In this document: piece after piece, positions 49,985 through 62,561 of the stretch
How the letters are laid out: each line of letters starts with the position of its first letter
Numbering within the stretch: the stretch's first letter is position 1
NCBI RefSeq assembly: GCF_963921235.1
Contig: NC_086097.1
Span: forward strand, 137,332,001-137,396,000
Direction of reading: 5' to 3'
DNA from: Mobula hypostoma
Lineage: Eukaryota
DNA length: 64,000 bases
The notes under the pieces: generated by a model
The model's database searches: none
What the model was told of the DNA's origin: nothing
Seen by the model: the letters and a program-made list of their open reading frames with translations, nothing else
Made by a program: the position numbers and the translations under genes

Positions 49985-51543
49985 CAACACACATCAAAGT
50001 TGCTGGTGAACACAGCAGGCCAGGCAGCATCTCTAGGAAGAGGTACAGTCGACATTTCAGGCCGAGACCCTTCGTCAGGACTAACTGAAGGAAGAGTTAG
50101 TAAGAGATTTGAAAGTGGGAGGGGGAGGGGGAGATCCAAACTGATGGGAGAAGACAGGAGGGGGAGGGATGGAGCCAAGAGCTGGACGGGTGATTGGCAA
50201 AGGGGATATGAGAGGATCGTGGGACAGGAGGCCCGGGGAGAAAGACAAGGGGAGGTGAAACCCAGAGGATGGGCGAGGGGTATAGTCAGAGAGACAGCGG
50301 GAGAAAAAGGAGAGTGAGAGAAAGAATGTGTGTATAAAAATAAATAACGGATGGGGTACAAGGGGGAGGTGGGGCATTAGCAGAAGTTAGAGAAGTCGAT
50401 GTTCATGCCATCAGGTTGGAGGCTACCCAGACGGAATATAAGGTGTTGTTCCTCCAACCTGACTTCATCTTTACAGTAGAGGAGACCATGGATAGACATG
50501 TCAGAATGGGATTGGGATGTGGAATTAAAATGTGTGGCCACTGGGAGATCCTGCTTTCTCTGGTGGACAGAGCGTAGGTGTTCAGCAAAGCGGTCTCCCA
50601 GTCTGCGTCGGGTCTCGTCAATATATAGAAGGCCACATCGGGAGCACCGGACGCAGTATATCACCCCAGCTGACTCACAGGTGAAGTGTCGCCTCACCTG
50701 GAAGAACTGTCTGGGGCCCTGAATGGTGGTAAGGGAGGAAGTGTAAGGGCATGTGTAGCACTTGTTCCGCTTACAAGGATAAGTGCCAGGAGGGAGATCA
50801 GTGGGGAGGGATGGGGGGGACGAATGGACAAGGGAGTCGGGTAGGGAGCGATCCCTGCAGAAAGCAGAGAGAGGGGGGAGGGAAAGATGTGCTTAGTGGT
50901 GGGATCCCGCTGGAGGTGGCGGAAGTTACGGAGAATAATATGTTGGACCCGGAGGCTGGTGAGGTGGTAGGTGAGGACCAGGGGAACCCTATTCCTAGTG
51001 GGGTGGCGGGAGGATGGAGTGAGAGCAGATGTACGTGAAATGGGGGAGATGCGTTTGAGAGCAGAGTTGATAGTGGAGGAAGGGAAGCCCCTTTCTTTAA
51101 AAAAGGACATCTCCCTCGTCCTGGAATGAAAAGCCTCATCCTGAGAGCAGATGCGGCAGAGACGGAGGAATTGCGAGAAGGGGATGGCGTTTTTGCAAGA
51201 GACAGGGTAAGAAGAGGAATAGTTCAGATAGCTGTGATAGCTGTGAGAGTCAGTAGGCTTATAGTAGACATCAATGGATAAGCTGTCTCCAGAGACAGAG
51301 ACAGAAAGATCTAGAAAGGGGAGGGAGCTGTCAGAAATGGACCAGGTAAACTTGAGGGCAGGGTGAAAGTTGGAGGCAAAGTTAACAAAGTCAACGAGCT
51401 CAGCATGCGTGCAGGAAGCAGCGCCAATGCAGTTGTCGACTGTACCTCTTCCTAGAGATGCTGCCTGGCCTGCTGCGTTCACCAGCAACTTTGATGTGTG
51501 TTGCTTGAATTTCCAGCATCTGCAGAATTCCTGTTGTTTGCGT
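49985..51543 (-). mobile_element. Young Penelope-like element with inverted terminal repeats and TSD
   Basis: RT (ALKFTWSISDSSLPFLD, KNAIPFSQFLRL) and GIY-YIG (VIYCVRCSRCGLLYIDETRRRLGDRFAEH); inverted termini at about 49985-50054 and 51434-51502; 14-bp TSD tgttaaattataaa (49971-49984 and 51544-51557). Confidence 0.95.
50047..50082 (-). ncRNA. Minimal type I hammerhead ribozyme (PLE-associated)
   Basis: AGUC-CUGACGA-AGG-GUCUCGG-CCU-GAA-AUGU-C^GACU; core intact, stem III differs from ACGU by one probable CpG transition. Confidence 0.75.
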
Positions 51544-53479
51544 TGTTAAATTATAAAGTTTGTTTGGAAAGAAAAATAAAAGAGATTTAAGGGTGACGAT
51601 CTAGGACATACAAGATGATTGATTAAAGGGCTTTTTAGGATAGATTATGGCAAACTATTTCTTCTAGTGTGAAAGTTTAGGACAAAGGAGCATAGAATTA
51701 AGTGAAAACTTGGCCATTCGGAGATGATGCCAGGAAGTGCTTCTCATGCGAAGAATAAGAGAACGCTGGAAATTTTCCAAAGGGCTGTCATGGCTGGCAG
51801 TCAACTTCAACATAAAAGCTTGTAAAGTAAAGAGCACTAAGGCTTAGAAAACAAAATAGGGCAACAGAACAGAAATAAAGGGGAGCAATCACTGACAAAA
51901 CTTGTTGGAGGAGCCAACTGTTTCACATCTATTCGTATAATCAGTCGTCTTAAAAAAGGCACAGGATACAAAAGTATGGTACATGTAATGGTACAGGTTC
52001 TTGTATGATACAAAATTTGGAAGGTCATGGTATTTTTTCCCCAGCTTAACAGATGGTTTCATAGGCCCTCTGATATTCTGTTCAATTAAAGCAAAAATTG
52101 AACATGCTTGATAAAACAGACTACCCAATTACAATTATCCATTAAGCACTAGCCCCACCTCACCTTACACCCAGGACAATTTCAATATTGGCCTAATGAA
52201 ACCACCTTCTTCCTATAAAAAAGACAAAAGCATTAAGAGGGAAAGTTGGAACTGGTCACATGCTTGAATTGGGCCAACTTCAATAATCAAACCACTCCTA
52301 TCCCCAATTTGTTTACAACATACTCGAGCAATCTCATCTTGCCCACAGCAAAACTCACTATCTTACAGTGAGAGAGGAAAGTGATAATAATTAAAGCTCA
52401 CCGTGGCCTGCGAAAGATGGATGAAAATCAGTCTTCCAGCTCACATCCTTTACATGGACATTTTTTTTGAAAAATGGGAATAGATGAAAACATGGTGAAT
52501 ATAATTGTAGGGTAGAGACTAAAGATGAACTGTGGTAAGAAAAAAAAGCTCTGAACCATATTACAACATCTATTTGCATCATTCAACATTTGGATTATTC
52601 CGTTTGGTCACATTAAAGTAGTGCTAACTGAACTTTAAAATAATTTATCAAATGACAAACAACTTGGGTTTTGGAAAGTTCAGTTGGATGTAAATGAGCT
52701 AATACTCTTGAGGCTTTGCACTTGGGTTGTCTCACTTCTGAAGCACTGCTACATGTTCCTTTAATATTACGGCAGTAAATAGGAAAATGAGCAGAGGCAC
52801 ATTGCCTTACAATTGCTAACACAGAAGACAGCTTAAACTGTTTAACATCTCAGCTGCAGACCACTGGTAAAAGATAATCGATTTGACATGTTTCTCTCTG
52901 CCCTGCTGGATATTTCTCGAATTTTCTGTTTTTATTTCACATTCCCAGCATCTGCAATTATTTGCTTTTGGACTATTGATTAAATGGATTGTACTGAGAT
53001 TTTCCTATCAGCCCATTACAGATTGCCATATTGTCAAACCATGGAAATAAGGACTTTAACACATTCCCTTTGAAGCAATTCCCTCTCCTTCATCTTTCCT
53101 CAAGGAATAACACAGCGCCAGGTGCACGAAAGAAAGAGCCCGAGTGGGAGGCACTCATTAGCTTAGGCCTCCGGCAGTGGGTTCTCTGCAGAAAGCATCA
53201 GGTCCTTAAATGGGCCGTTATCAATCACCACACATGTTTGTCCCTGTTCTATCTGAGGCAGCATCCATTGAACGCACAGATCCGGGTTATCTTGCTAATA
53301 ACATCAGTCCTATCAGTTAAGCTTAAATATAATTAGATGAACATCAATCATATGCATTGGATCATAATGCATACGCCTGACATGTTGCAGCAAGCACACA
53401 TACATTGTATCTGTGGTCATACATAAGAATCGAAAGATTGCACTTCATATCAAATACTGCAGTGCACCTTTCACGAAAA

Positions 53480-54010
53480 GACCGTCCGCCTGCTCCCGTG
53501 CACTTACAGTACCCTGGTTCCTACAGTGGCTACGCTACACACTGGAAATGGCAGGCCCGGCCCAGCGCTGCTACCACAACACACGCACACAGGCTCCTGT
53601 CCTGTCCAGTCCTGCCGCGGACACGTCACGCGTTGCCATTCGTCACAGGACGGGGGCTCAGCTCCAGAGGCTGCGCTTCCACTGCATCGGGTCGTTTCAG
53701 GCGGCGACGAAGGTTGCGATGCCACCCGATACTATAAATTGCGCCGATAAATTGTTTAGAGTGCTGGGGAGAGAAATAATCTCTCTCCACTGCTGCAGAC
53801 TCGTGGCCCACATCTTGTCTATATTAAAGATCGGGAAGATTAACCCTTGTCACAGCAAACGTCCCCATTCCGCCGATCATATCCACCTTCCTCATCCACA
53901 ATCTCGGACTGAATGAGGCTCGCAGTATCCGTGCTCTGCCCGACCTTGGAGGCGAGCCCCTGAGGTCCAACTTGCCCTTCTTATTTTCCCAATCTCCGCC
54001 CCCCTCCCCT
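53480..54010 (-). promoter_or_regulatory. POMGNT2: CpG-rich candidate promoter and non-coding exon 1 of POMGNT2
   Basis: The clearest non-repeat CpG-dense stretch in the window. Minus-strand donor act|GTAAGT at 53507-53502, CRE/E-box-like cacgtcacgcg near 53622, CCAAT and GC box (ctccgcccc) near 53988-54003. The link to POMGNT2 is inferred from position and orientation. Confidence 0.55.
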
Positions 54011-54934
54011 CCCCGGTTATTCTGCTCTGCGCACCTAATCTCTTCCCCATTTTCATTACCTTCAGACCCGCTTTGTCATCTTCAACTCGAACTGTGAACG
54101 TCCAACTCACCATCATCCCGCTGCTCATTGCATTACTTGAGTAATGCCACCGACTTTAAAATTATCTTGTATTTTTTTCAAACGGTCCATGTTTTGTCAC
54201 GTTCTCTGTGGCCTCCAATATTAAAATCTCTTGCATACAGAACCCTACCTTCCTCCATTTCCGGCTTGTTGCACGTACATTGCCCCCAGCGCTCTGCCAG
54301 TCTCGGTACGGGTTTAAGCGGCCTCTGTTCAAGAAATGCTTAGCCTCTATCCTCAATGATTGTCCTTTAAAATATAATCCTTCACTACCCTTTTAAAATA
54401 TAACAACCACGTCTTTAGCTCAGTATCCGATTGTCTGATTCTAATGACGAATTTTGATGTACTTCCTTCATTAAAATGTTCTTATATAAATCATAAATTG
54501 AGTACACGGACCACCACAACAATCTGTAGAAAAAGCTTGTGAGATCATCGGGCAGAATAAGCAGCCATAAATATCACTAAGGAAGGTCTGTTGTTAGGCT
54601 AAATTTTGCTGACTTTATTGAAATTAATATAAACTTTCTGCACTTTTGTGCAATTACTCATGGTATCTATTCTTAGCTTTCTAAAAATGGCCTGAAATTA
54701 ATGGAAATAGATTTGTGAAAAGCGAGTCATTTTCTGAAACTTGCTACGTCTAAAGGTTTCCTGTTTTAGCTCCAAATGGCGTATCAAGACGATATTTTTA
54801 ATGTCAAGAAACTTACAGTGAATATTCAATAATGCCTACTTTTAGGCTGCCGTGTTTAAACAGCCTAATTACTATATTGATAAATTTTAGACGATGTTGT
54901 GTGCAGACACATGACAGACTTTAGGACATCATAC

Positions 54935-55065
54935 GGTAACCCTTTCATTCCTGGAATCATCGTGAATCTTCTCTGAACCCTCTCCAATGTCAGTATATCC
55001 TTTCTAAAATAAGGAGCCCAAAACTGCCACACAATACTCAGTGTAGTCTTACAAGTGCCTTATAG
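54935..55065 (-). mobile_element. CR1 fragment
   Basis: Reverse strand of YKAL.RLH..YC..FWAPYFRKD. Confidence 0.75.
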
Positions 55066-55477
55066 CAGCGGTCCCCAACCACCGGGCCGCGAGGAAACGA
55101 TATGATTTGGCGATATGAGTCAGCTGCACCTTTCCTCATTTCCTGTCATGCGCACTGTTGAACTTGAACGCATGCGAGGTCATTACGCAAGCGTCATCCA
55201 AGTCAGCGTGGGAAGGAGACCAACTCCTCGAGCTTGCAAATGACGGCGGGCTGGAAAGTATGTTTGACATAACATCTCTGCCGGCATTCTGGATCAAAGT
55301 CAAGGCTGAATATCCTAAGGTAACCACGAAAGCACTGAAAACATTGCTTCCATTTCCAACATATCTCTGCAATGAATGCAACGAAAATTAAATTGCCGAA
55401 TAGACTGGACATAAGGAACCCCCTTCGAGTATCGCTGTCTCCCATCACCCCTCGATGTTGCAGGGAAACAAGCCCAG
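55066..55477 (+). mobile_element. Truncated second copy of the hAT/Charlie element
   Basis: Same TIR and transposase remnant as 43164; fused at cccag to a Rex/Babar fragment. Confidence 0.9.
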
Positions 55478-56410
55478 CATCAAGGACATCTTTAAAAGGC
55501 GATGCTTCAAAAAGCTGGCATCTGTCACTAAGGTTCCCCATCATGCAGGAGATGCCCTCTTCTCATTGCTACCATCAAAGAGGTACAGGAGCCTGAAGGC
55601 AGACATACACACACACGTTTTAGGAACAGCATCTTCCCTTCCATCTGAATGGATAATGAGCCCATGTACACTACCTCACTTTTTTTTCTCATTATGCACC
55701 ACTAATTTATTTAGATATATATATATTTCTTACTATAATTTATAGTTTAAAAAATTATTATGTATTGCAAGGTCCATTAAGGTTGATATAACTGTGGTTG
55801 GTTGTGGGGATAAGCTCCCATTACCTATTAAATGCTCCCAATGACGTGCGTCTCAAACAGCATCCAACAAACAGGTCTAGTTCCTGGTCTTCACATGTGG
55901 CTTAGCTACTAACTTGGCAGAACCATTTCTATTGCCAGAAGGAACAAAGGTGGGTTACTGGCACCTTAAAACCAGTCACTTCGGGCAGATAGGGCTCATC
56001 AACCATGGCTCACCGGGGAGAAGGAAAACTATAATCTCAAACCTCCGCTGCCTTGCCGCTAGACCCAGTCTTGGCGAAGGCTTTGGAAAAATCTGGAGCT
56101 CAAGTCCCTAAGGCAGTCCTAAATTGAGTTCAACACTCAGAGGCAACTCCTGCTATGCCACTGGTGCCAAACTATATCGGTCTCTGTAGTTCCTTTCGAT
56201 TCACCAGCTGCATGGAGATGGGAAGCCTGCGACATGGGCAACAGCTTGCTCTCCATATCGTACTGCCCTGGCTTGCATGTCATGTAGACAGCAACACCCA
56301 TGGTTGGCCCTGATCAACAGAGGGCCTCATGTATTGCAATGTCCAGCTGCTGCAAAACAAATTTCATAACATATGCCAGCGATATTAAACCTAATTCTGA
56401 TTTTGATTCC
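55478..56410 (+). mobile_element. Rex/Babar-like 3' fragment, interrupted at 55771-56328
   Basis: KDIFKRRCFKK...HHAGDALFSLLPSKRYRSLK; tail attctgattttgatt. Confidence 0.75.
55771..56328 (+). mobile_element. 558-bp non-coding retro-insertion, possibly RTE-related SINE
   Basis: 11-bp TSD atgtattgcaa (55760-55770 and 56329-56339); no convincing ORF. Confidence 0.65.
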
Positions 56411-56649
56411 AAGCTGCACACTATATTGATACAGAAATATACAACACCATTCCCTCATTGCTGCTGCATCTAACTCCCAGCATCCCTATCCAACTGCACT
56501 TCAGGACCATATTCATATTGGGAAAATTAGCTATTTAAAATGGTGGCTCACAACCATATTCTCAAAGGAACTTGTCAGTAAAACAGGCTGATATGTTAGA
56601 ATAGGTCAATCAGAAGAAAGAGGAGATGCTAGAACTTATCGAAAAACTT

Positions 56650-58105
56650 TAGGATAAATAGGTCCCCAGGGATAGATGGGATATACCCCAGGTTACTAGG
56701 AGAAGCAAGGAAAGAGATTGCTGAGCCATTGGCGATAATCTTTGCATCCTTACCGGCCGCAGGGGTAGAACTAGCAGACTGAAGGTTATTCTTTTGTTCA
56801 AGGAGCACTGATAATCCTGTGAATTATAGAGCAGCAATTCTGGCCAAATTATTGAAGAAGATTTACAAGCATTTGGAGAAGCATAGTCCGATAAGGGATA
56901 GTCAACAAGGCTTTGAGAGGTCATAAACTGACAAAAGTCAAGTGCCATGGGATCTAGGGAAATTTGGCTTGTAGGTTCAGAATTGGCTTGCCCGTCAAGG
57001 TTTTGGATGGTTGTAGAGAGCATATTCTGCATGGAGGTTAATGACTAGTGGTGTACCATCGGGCTATGCTTTGTGATTTTTATAAATGACTTGGACAAGA
57101 AAGTGGAAGAGTGGGTTAGTAAGTTTACAGAAACACAAGGGTTACTGGAATTGTGAATAGTGCAGAAGGTTGTCATAGATTACAACAGGACATTGATAGG
57201 ATCTAGAGCTGGGCTGAAATATGGCAGATGAAGTTCCACTCTGAACTCCAAATCAAAAAAAGCGTGAAGTGATTTACTTTGTTAAGTCAAATTTAAAGGT
57301 AGAATACAGGATGAAGTGCAGCACTCTTAGCAGTGTGGAGGAATGGAGGGGTCTTGGGGTTCAATGATCCCTGAACGTTGCCGAGCAAGTTGATATGGTT
57401 GTTAAGAACATGTGTGGAGTTTTGGCTTTCATTATTTGGGGAATAAGTTTAAGACCCATGAATCAATATTGCAGCTCTACAAAGCCCTCGTTCGACCACA
57501 CTTGGAATATTGTGTTCAGTTCTGATCATCTCATTTTAGAAAGGATATAGAAGATTTAGAGGGGGTGCAAAGGAGATTTACCAGGATGCTGACGAAGGGT
57601 CTCAGCCTGAAATGTCGACTGCACCTCTTCCTAGAGATGCTGCCTGGCCTGCTGCGTTCACCAGCAATTTTTATGTGTGTTGCTTGAATTTCCAGCATCT
57701 GCAGAATTCCTGTTGTTTACCAGGATGCTAGCTCAATTAGAAAACATGTCTAAAGAGGAGAGCTAGGGCTTTTCTCTTTGGAGTGAAGGAGGATAAGAGG
57801 TGAGTTGATCAGAGGCAGAGATCGAGTGGATAATCAGAGACTTGTCCTGAGGGTGGAAATGGCTAATAACAGGGGCCATCATTTTAAGCTGGTTGCAGAA
57901 AAGTTTTTTGAAACACAGACTGATGGTGGTAGAGGCAAATACATTAGGGACATTTAAGAAACTCTTAGATAACCACATAGAAGACAGAGGAATGGAGGGT
58001 TATATAGGAGGGAAGGGTTAGTTTGATCTTAGACTAGGTTTAAAAGTTTGGCATAACATCATGGGATGAAAGGTCAGTACTATGCTGTTGTGCTCTATGT
58101 TCTAT
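56650..58105 (+). mobile_element. Decayed CR1 LINE
   Basis: gataaataggtccccaggg, LVRPHLEYCVQF-like sequence, CR1 3' end. Confidence 0.85.
57591..57715 (+). mobile_element. Solo Penelope terminal repeat (125 bp) in CR1
   Basis: 14-bp TSD tttaccaggatgct (57577-57590 and 57716-57729); near-identical to 51434-51540. Confidence 0.92.
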
Positions 58106-58314
58106 CCTGCAAATTGACCTCTAAACATTATGGAAGTAAGGAACATTATACATATCCTTTTATGTCGAAAGATGTAGACAAGTAAGATGCATCAACCAGT
58201 TTTGGCTCAGTGCAAAGTATTTTGGTTTGAGTCAGAATGTTATCCTTTGAAATCCTGCTTGTGCAGAAAACTTAGACTGACTTCCCTCTCTTCTCTCAGT
58301 GCATTACAGATGAA

Positions 58315-58565
58315 GTGTCACACTGGTGGAGCTGCATTTTCAACTAACACCAAGGATCTCTTAGCTCTTCCAAAGACCTCAGCTCATCCTTTGAGCAATA
58401 GGGGAGTTCTCTCTGACGCTCTGAACAATATTTAAGATGACTAATCAATATCATTATCACACTCCTGTGCACAAATTAACTGCCACATTTCCTACAGCAG
58501 TGACTACAATTAATCTATTCGGAAGCATCTTGGATATCCTGAAATGTACAATATAGATGCAAAGG
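58315..58565 (+). mobile_element. Ancient DeuSINE-like remnant
   Basis: ggggagttctc, tcattatcaca, gtgcacaaattaactgccacatttcctaca, tatagatgcaa. Confidence 0.5.
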
Positions 58566-59322
58566 TTTACTTCATAGTTGAACCACGATGGAAGAAGGAA
58601 ACTCACTTCCTACAAGGCTGGATGCTGGACATCTTCCCTATCACCTACCCATACCCTCCAGACTATACAACACTTCCATCTCAAGTGCTATTTCACTTGT
58701 AAAGTGATTTTTAATTTTATTTTGCATGGCCAGCTGCAGATGATAGCACTACAGATCTGGTTACAAGCCAACCAATTACTGTACTTTTCCACAGAGCCCA
58801 TCTGCCTTCTCCTAGTGTTCACTGCAGTGGTCCATTTATCCACTGTTCCATAAACTGACTATTTATTAACTGCAGGCTGCCTGCAGCGTGGACTCTGCAG
58901 ATGATTTTATTGGGGTCAAGTTATGTGAACTTTGCTGGCAACACATTGTACAGAGTACAACCCATCCATTAAGAGCTGCTTCATGCTTAACAAGTATCAA
59001 TTACATAAAACACTGCAGATTTAAAAATAAGTTGCTTAGTATTTAACAAACCACAGATATGTTCTTTAAAATTTAAGGTAGTTGCAGTCTAATGCTGCAC
59101 TACAGAATTTGCTAATCTTTAAGGTTTCTAGGTCACCATGTAGCAATGTTTGTTGCACTGGAGTAATTTCTACTTCCATTGCCCTGTGGGTCACCTAACC
59201 CATCAGAGATATGTTGCAATCATGCTTATCAAGGGTTCTTTTTCCTAGTATGAAGCTGCCAATATAAAATTGAAATGCTGCTTGTAATATTGATAAGATT
59301 AAATTCCTGTATCTATTAATCT

Positions 59323-59670
59323 GTGGCTTGGTGGGTAGTAACGTGCAGCAGAAAATCATGGTTTCAAATCAGAAATTTGAACACTAAGTCTCACTGCAGA
59401 ATTAAGAGGGCTCCGCGTTAAGGTACTGTACTGCAGATATATTTTACATTAAGATTTTAACTACATAGAACTTTAAAGATACCGTTTTGAAAAAGAAAAA
59501 AAAGAGTGCTTTCCTTATTGTTTTGATTGATCACGTGTTTTTAATCACATCATTCTTTGTGGAAGTGCTTGCTCAGAAATTGGCTGCCATGATTCCCACA
59601 TTACAAATTCAAAATTACTTCATTGGCTGGCAAGCGTTTTGAGCCATTTTCCAAAGTCTGCAGGTTAGCA
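59323..59670 (+). mobile_element. Ancient DeuSINE-like remnant with tRNA-like head
   Basis: gtggcttggtgggtag head; cagaaattggctgcc, ttcaaaattacttcattggctg tail. Confidence 0.5.
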
Positions 59671-60409
59671 AGCATTTATTTTATTGGTACTTGCATACCG
59701 AAAGGTTCAAACATGACACGGATGGTTCAAAAGCAAAATACTGCAGAAGCTGGGAACTTAAATAGAAAATCTTAGTAAGACTATGCAAAGTACACAGAGG
59801 AAGAAGTGAAGTTAATGTACAGATTGTTAAATTTTATTGAAAGTTCATCAATTTTTATAAAATGAATCCCCGAGCAACTTTTCAATTTAAGTCAGTTAGG
59901 CCAACTCTACTTGGAAGTAGAGTAGATTTGGATTGAAACCAAGAGGAGGGAGCAAGGCAAGGCAAGGCAAGAATAGCTATCTGGAACAGCACAAAAAGCC
60001 AGAAAAACTCAGCAGGTCAGGCAGCATCTATGGAGGGAAATGGACAGTTCACATTTCGGAAGCTGCTGAGTTTCTCCAGTTCAGATTTCCAGCATGTCCA
60101 GTCTCTTGTTTCCACGAATGGCTAGCTCCTGTAATTTGAAATTTCCAAGAAAAAGTAATGTAATGGTTGGTTGTATCATTTTTATTTGAAACGTTTAGTA
60201 TGACTTATACATACGCCTCTTTTTTTTCAAGCTTTCACTTTTGCTAGAAGTTGTGAGCTGAGGACATGCCTGTAAGAATAAAAGACAGCAGCTGAATACT
60301 TAGATTGAGAGGCAGAACCACCTCTTTATTGTGTGTGTGTGTGGGGGGGGGCGTGAGAGCAGAGGTTAAAGTGTGAAAGACAAAGCAGAAGCCAAAAAAA
60401 ACCCTATTT

Positions 60410-60555
60410 TGAGAGATTCATGGACAGGTACATGGAGCTCAGAAAAATAGAGGGCTATGGGTAACCCGAGGTAATTTCTAAGGTAAGGACATGTTCAGCA
60501 CAGCTTCATGGGCCGAAGGGCCTGTATTGTGCTGTAGGTTTTCTATGTTTCTATC
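60410..60555 (+). mobile_element. CR1 3' tail
   Basis: gggccgaagggcctgtattgtgctgtaggttttctatgtttcta. Confidence 0.8.
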
Positions 60556-60874
60556 ATACTATTATTTCTTTCTGCACTAAAACTCTCAGTAAAATTGGAT
60601 GGTTAAAAAAACACTGATCTCATTTTCTGCAGTGTATAATTTATTTTGTACAGCAAGAACAAATTACTGAGCTGGCTCCAAAATAACATTCCTGGTGATG
60701 GAGTTTGGAATTGGATCAGTACTCTGTTGCAGATCTGATACTGCTGAGCCAAAATATGTCTGCAAGACTCTACCTGATTCACTAATAGAACTTGGACAGA
60801 CTTGGGGCTGGGATTATTTTTTTAAAACTCAAGCACCTGATCTCAGCCAACTGCTATGTCAACTGCTTACTTTT

Positions 60875-60962
60875 TGCCATAGATGCTGCCTGACCTGCTG
60901 AGTTCCTCCAGCATTTTGTGTGTTGCTTTAGATTTCCTGTATTTGCAGATTTTCTCATGTTA
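60875..60962 (+). mobile_element. Solo Penelope terminus (others at about 12065, 24655, 41310, 52880 and 59985)
   Basis: catagatgctgcctgacctgctgagttcctccagcattttgtgtg. Confidence 0.8.
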
Positions 60963-61009
60963 GCAATAAAACTTGTATGGTTAATATACTCCAGAGTTTA
61001 AGAAAGTGA

Positions 61010-61600
61010 TTTCAAAGGTTCAAAGTTTCACTTATTATCAAAGTATAAAACTCTGCAATTCTCCTTCTCCAGATAGCCCAGAAACTAATAAAGAAAAGAA
61101 TGACAGCACAGTCATCAACCCCAAATTCACTCTTCCCTGCACAAAAATAAATGAACAAAAATGGAACAGGCACGTTGACCCCAAAATCCCCCTCCCCTGT
61201 ACACAAAACAAAAATAAGAAAACACAAAATACAAATATAAAAATACCATAAGACTGAAAAAAAAGTCCACAGGCCAAGTCCACATCCAAAATGCAGAAAA
61301 TCTGGGCAACATTCTCGCTCTCTGTAGCAGAGTGATGTCACCAATGATAAAAAGGCAGGCAGCCGGCGTTTCAATCTCCCTTACCGTTTAAATCAGCAAA
61401 TAATGGAAGCTTTAATTGATGAAACAGAGTCAAATATCGGCTCACAATCTTCTCACTACGAGGTTCCCACATGCCTCCTGGAATTCCCTCGGAGACTGCA
61501 GAGTGCTGAAACACCCAGACAATCTCCAAACTGCAAATCACAGGCTCTAACAGTTCCAGAATCACATTCAAGATGAAAAACAAACATAAAATTGTGAATT
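61010..61600 (-). mobile_element. Unclassified SINE-like element
   Basis: Tail ttcaaaggttcaaagt...tattatcaaag is the reverse of the 40780-40805 tail. Confidence 0.55.
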
Positions 61601-62561
61601 AAAAGCAGTATATCCAGCTGTATGAAGCTGAGACAATGGTAATGAATCTTACACTTTTCAGAATGAACAACTACGTTTTTAAATCACGTAGGCATTACAG
61701 CAGAATTTAGCATTAGTAATTTAGTCTATGATTCATGCTGTAATGAGAGGCTCTCCACACTATTGACATCAGAGTGGTGTTGTGAATGGTCTGTGGAATG
61801 TTGAGGCAGTTGAAATTGGGAAGTCTAAAGAATATAAAATACATTTTCTGTTCTTCACAATCAGCTGCCATTCAATCTAAAGTTGTGTGAAACACTCAAG
61901 TCTTTTCTATAAAATGCTTTAATAAACAATATTAAGTGCTTTACAGTTTTTCACAACATCAAATGACAATGCAAATGTCCTCTAATTTAGTATTTGACAA
62001 GGCAGTAGCAGGTAGGTAAATTTCCAGTTTATGTTCTGTGTTTTCCAGCTGCATAATAACTATCGAGCAATTAACCCACTGCATTCTAAAACATGATGCC
62101 TTTCAAGGAGTGACTTCATGCTGAATGACTGTGCTATGCCAAGGGCCAGGCAGCTAGAACAGTTTCTCTTGCAGAGGATCAAACGTTCATCCAAGCATAA
62201 GCATCACCAGAAATATAACTAATAAGGAACCAATTGGTGGAATCATTGTTATCACAGGGAACAACCTGCAACCATATTTAAAACCACAGAATTAAATATC
62301 AATGCAACAGGCTCTTTACAATACAGTATTCAAGGCGTGTGTAATCTTATATAGAATGAGCGACATAGTGGAGATGATTAGAGCTGCTGCCACAGTTTCA
62401 GTGAGCTGGGTTCAATCCTCACCTCCAGAACTTTATGCTTCTTTTCTTTTTGTGAAAAACTGAATTAAACCAATGAACTCTACTCAGGCTTCCAGCCGGA
62501 AACAGGTATTGATTATAACTGATTTTTTCCCCAAAAATATACTTTATTCAGAAAAATTACA

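Noticed and set aside
53405..53916. ORFs in the CpG-rich block
   Set aside because: Non-ATG starts, GC-driven open frames and no recognisable homology.
62365..62430. tRNA gene
   Set aside because: Only decayed A/B boxes with no cloverleaf; a SINE head remnant.
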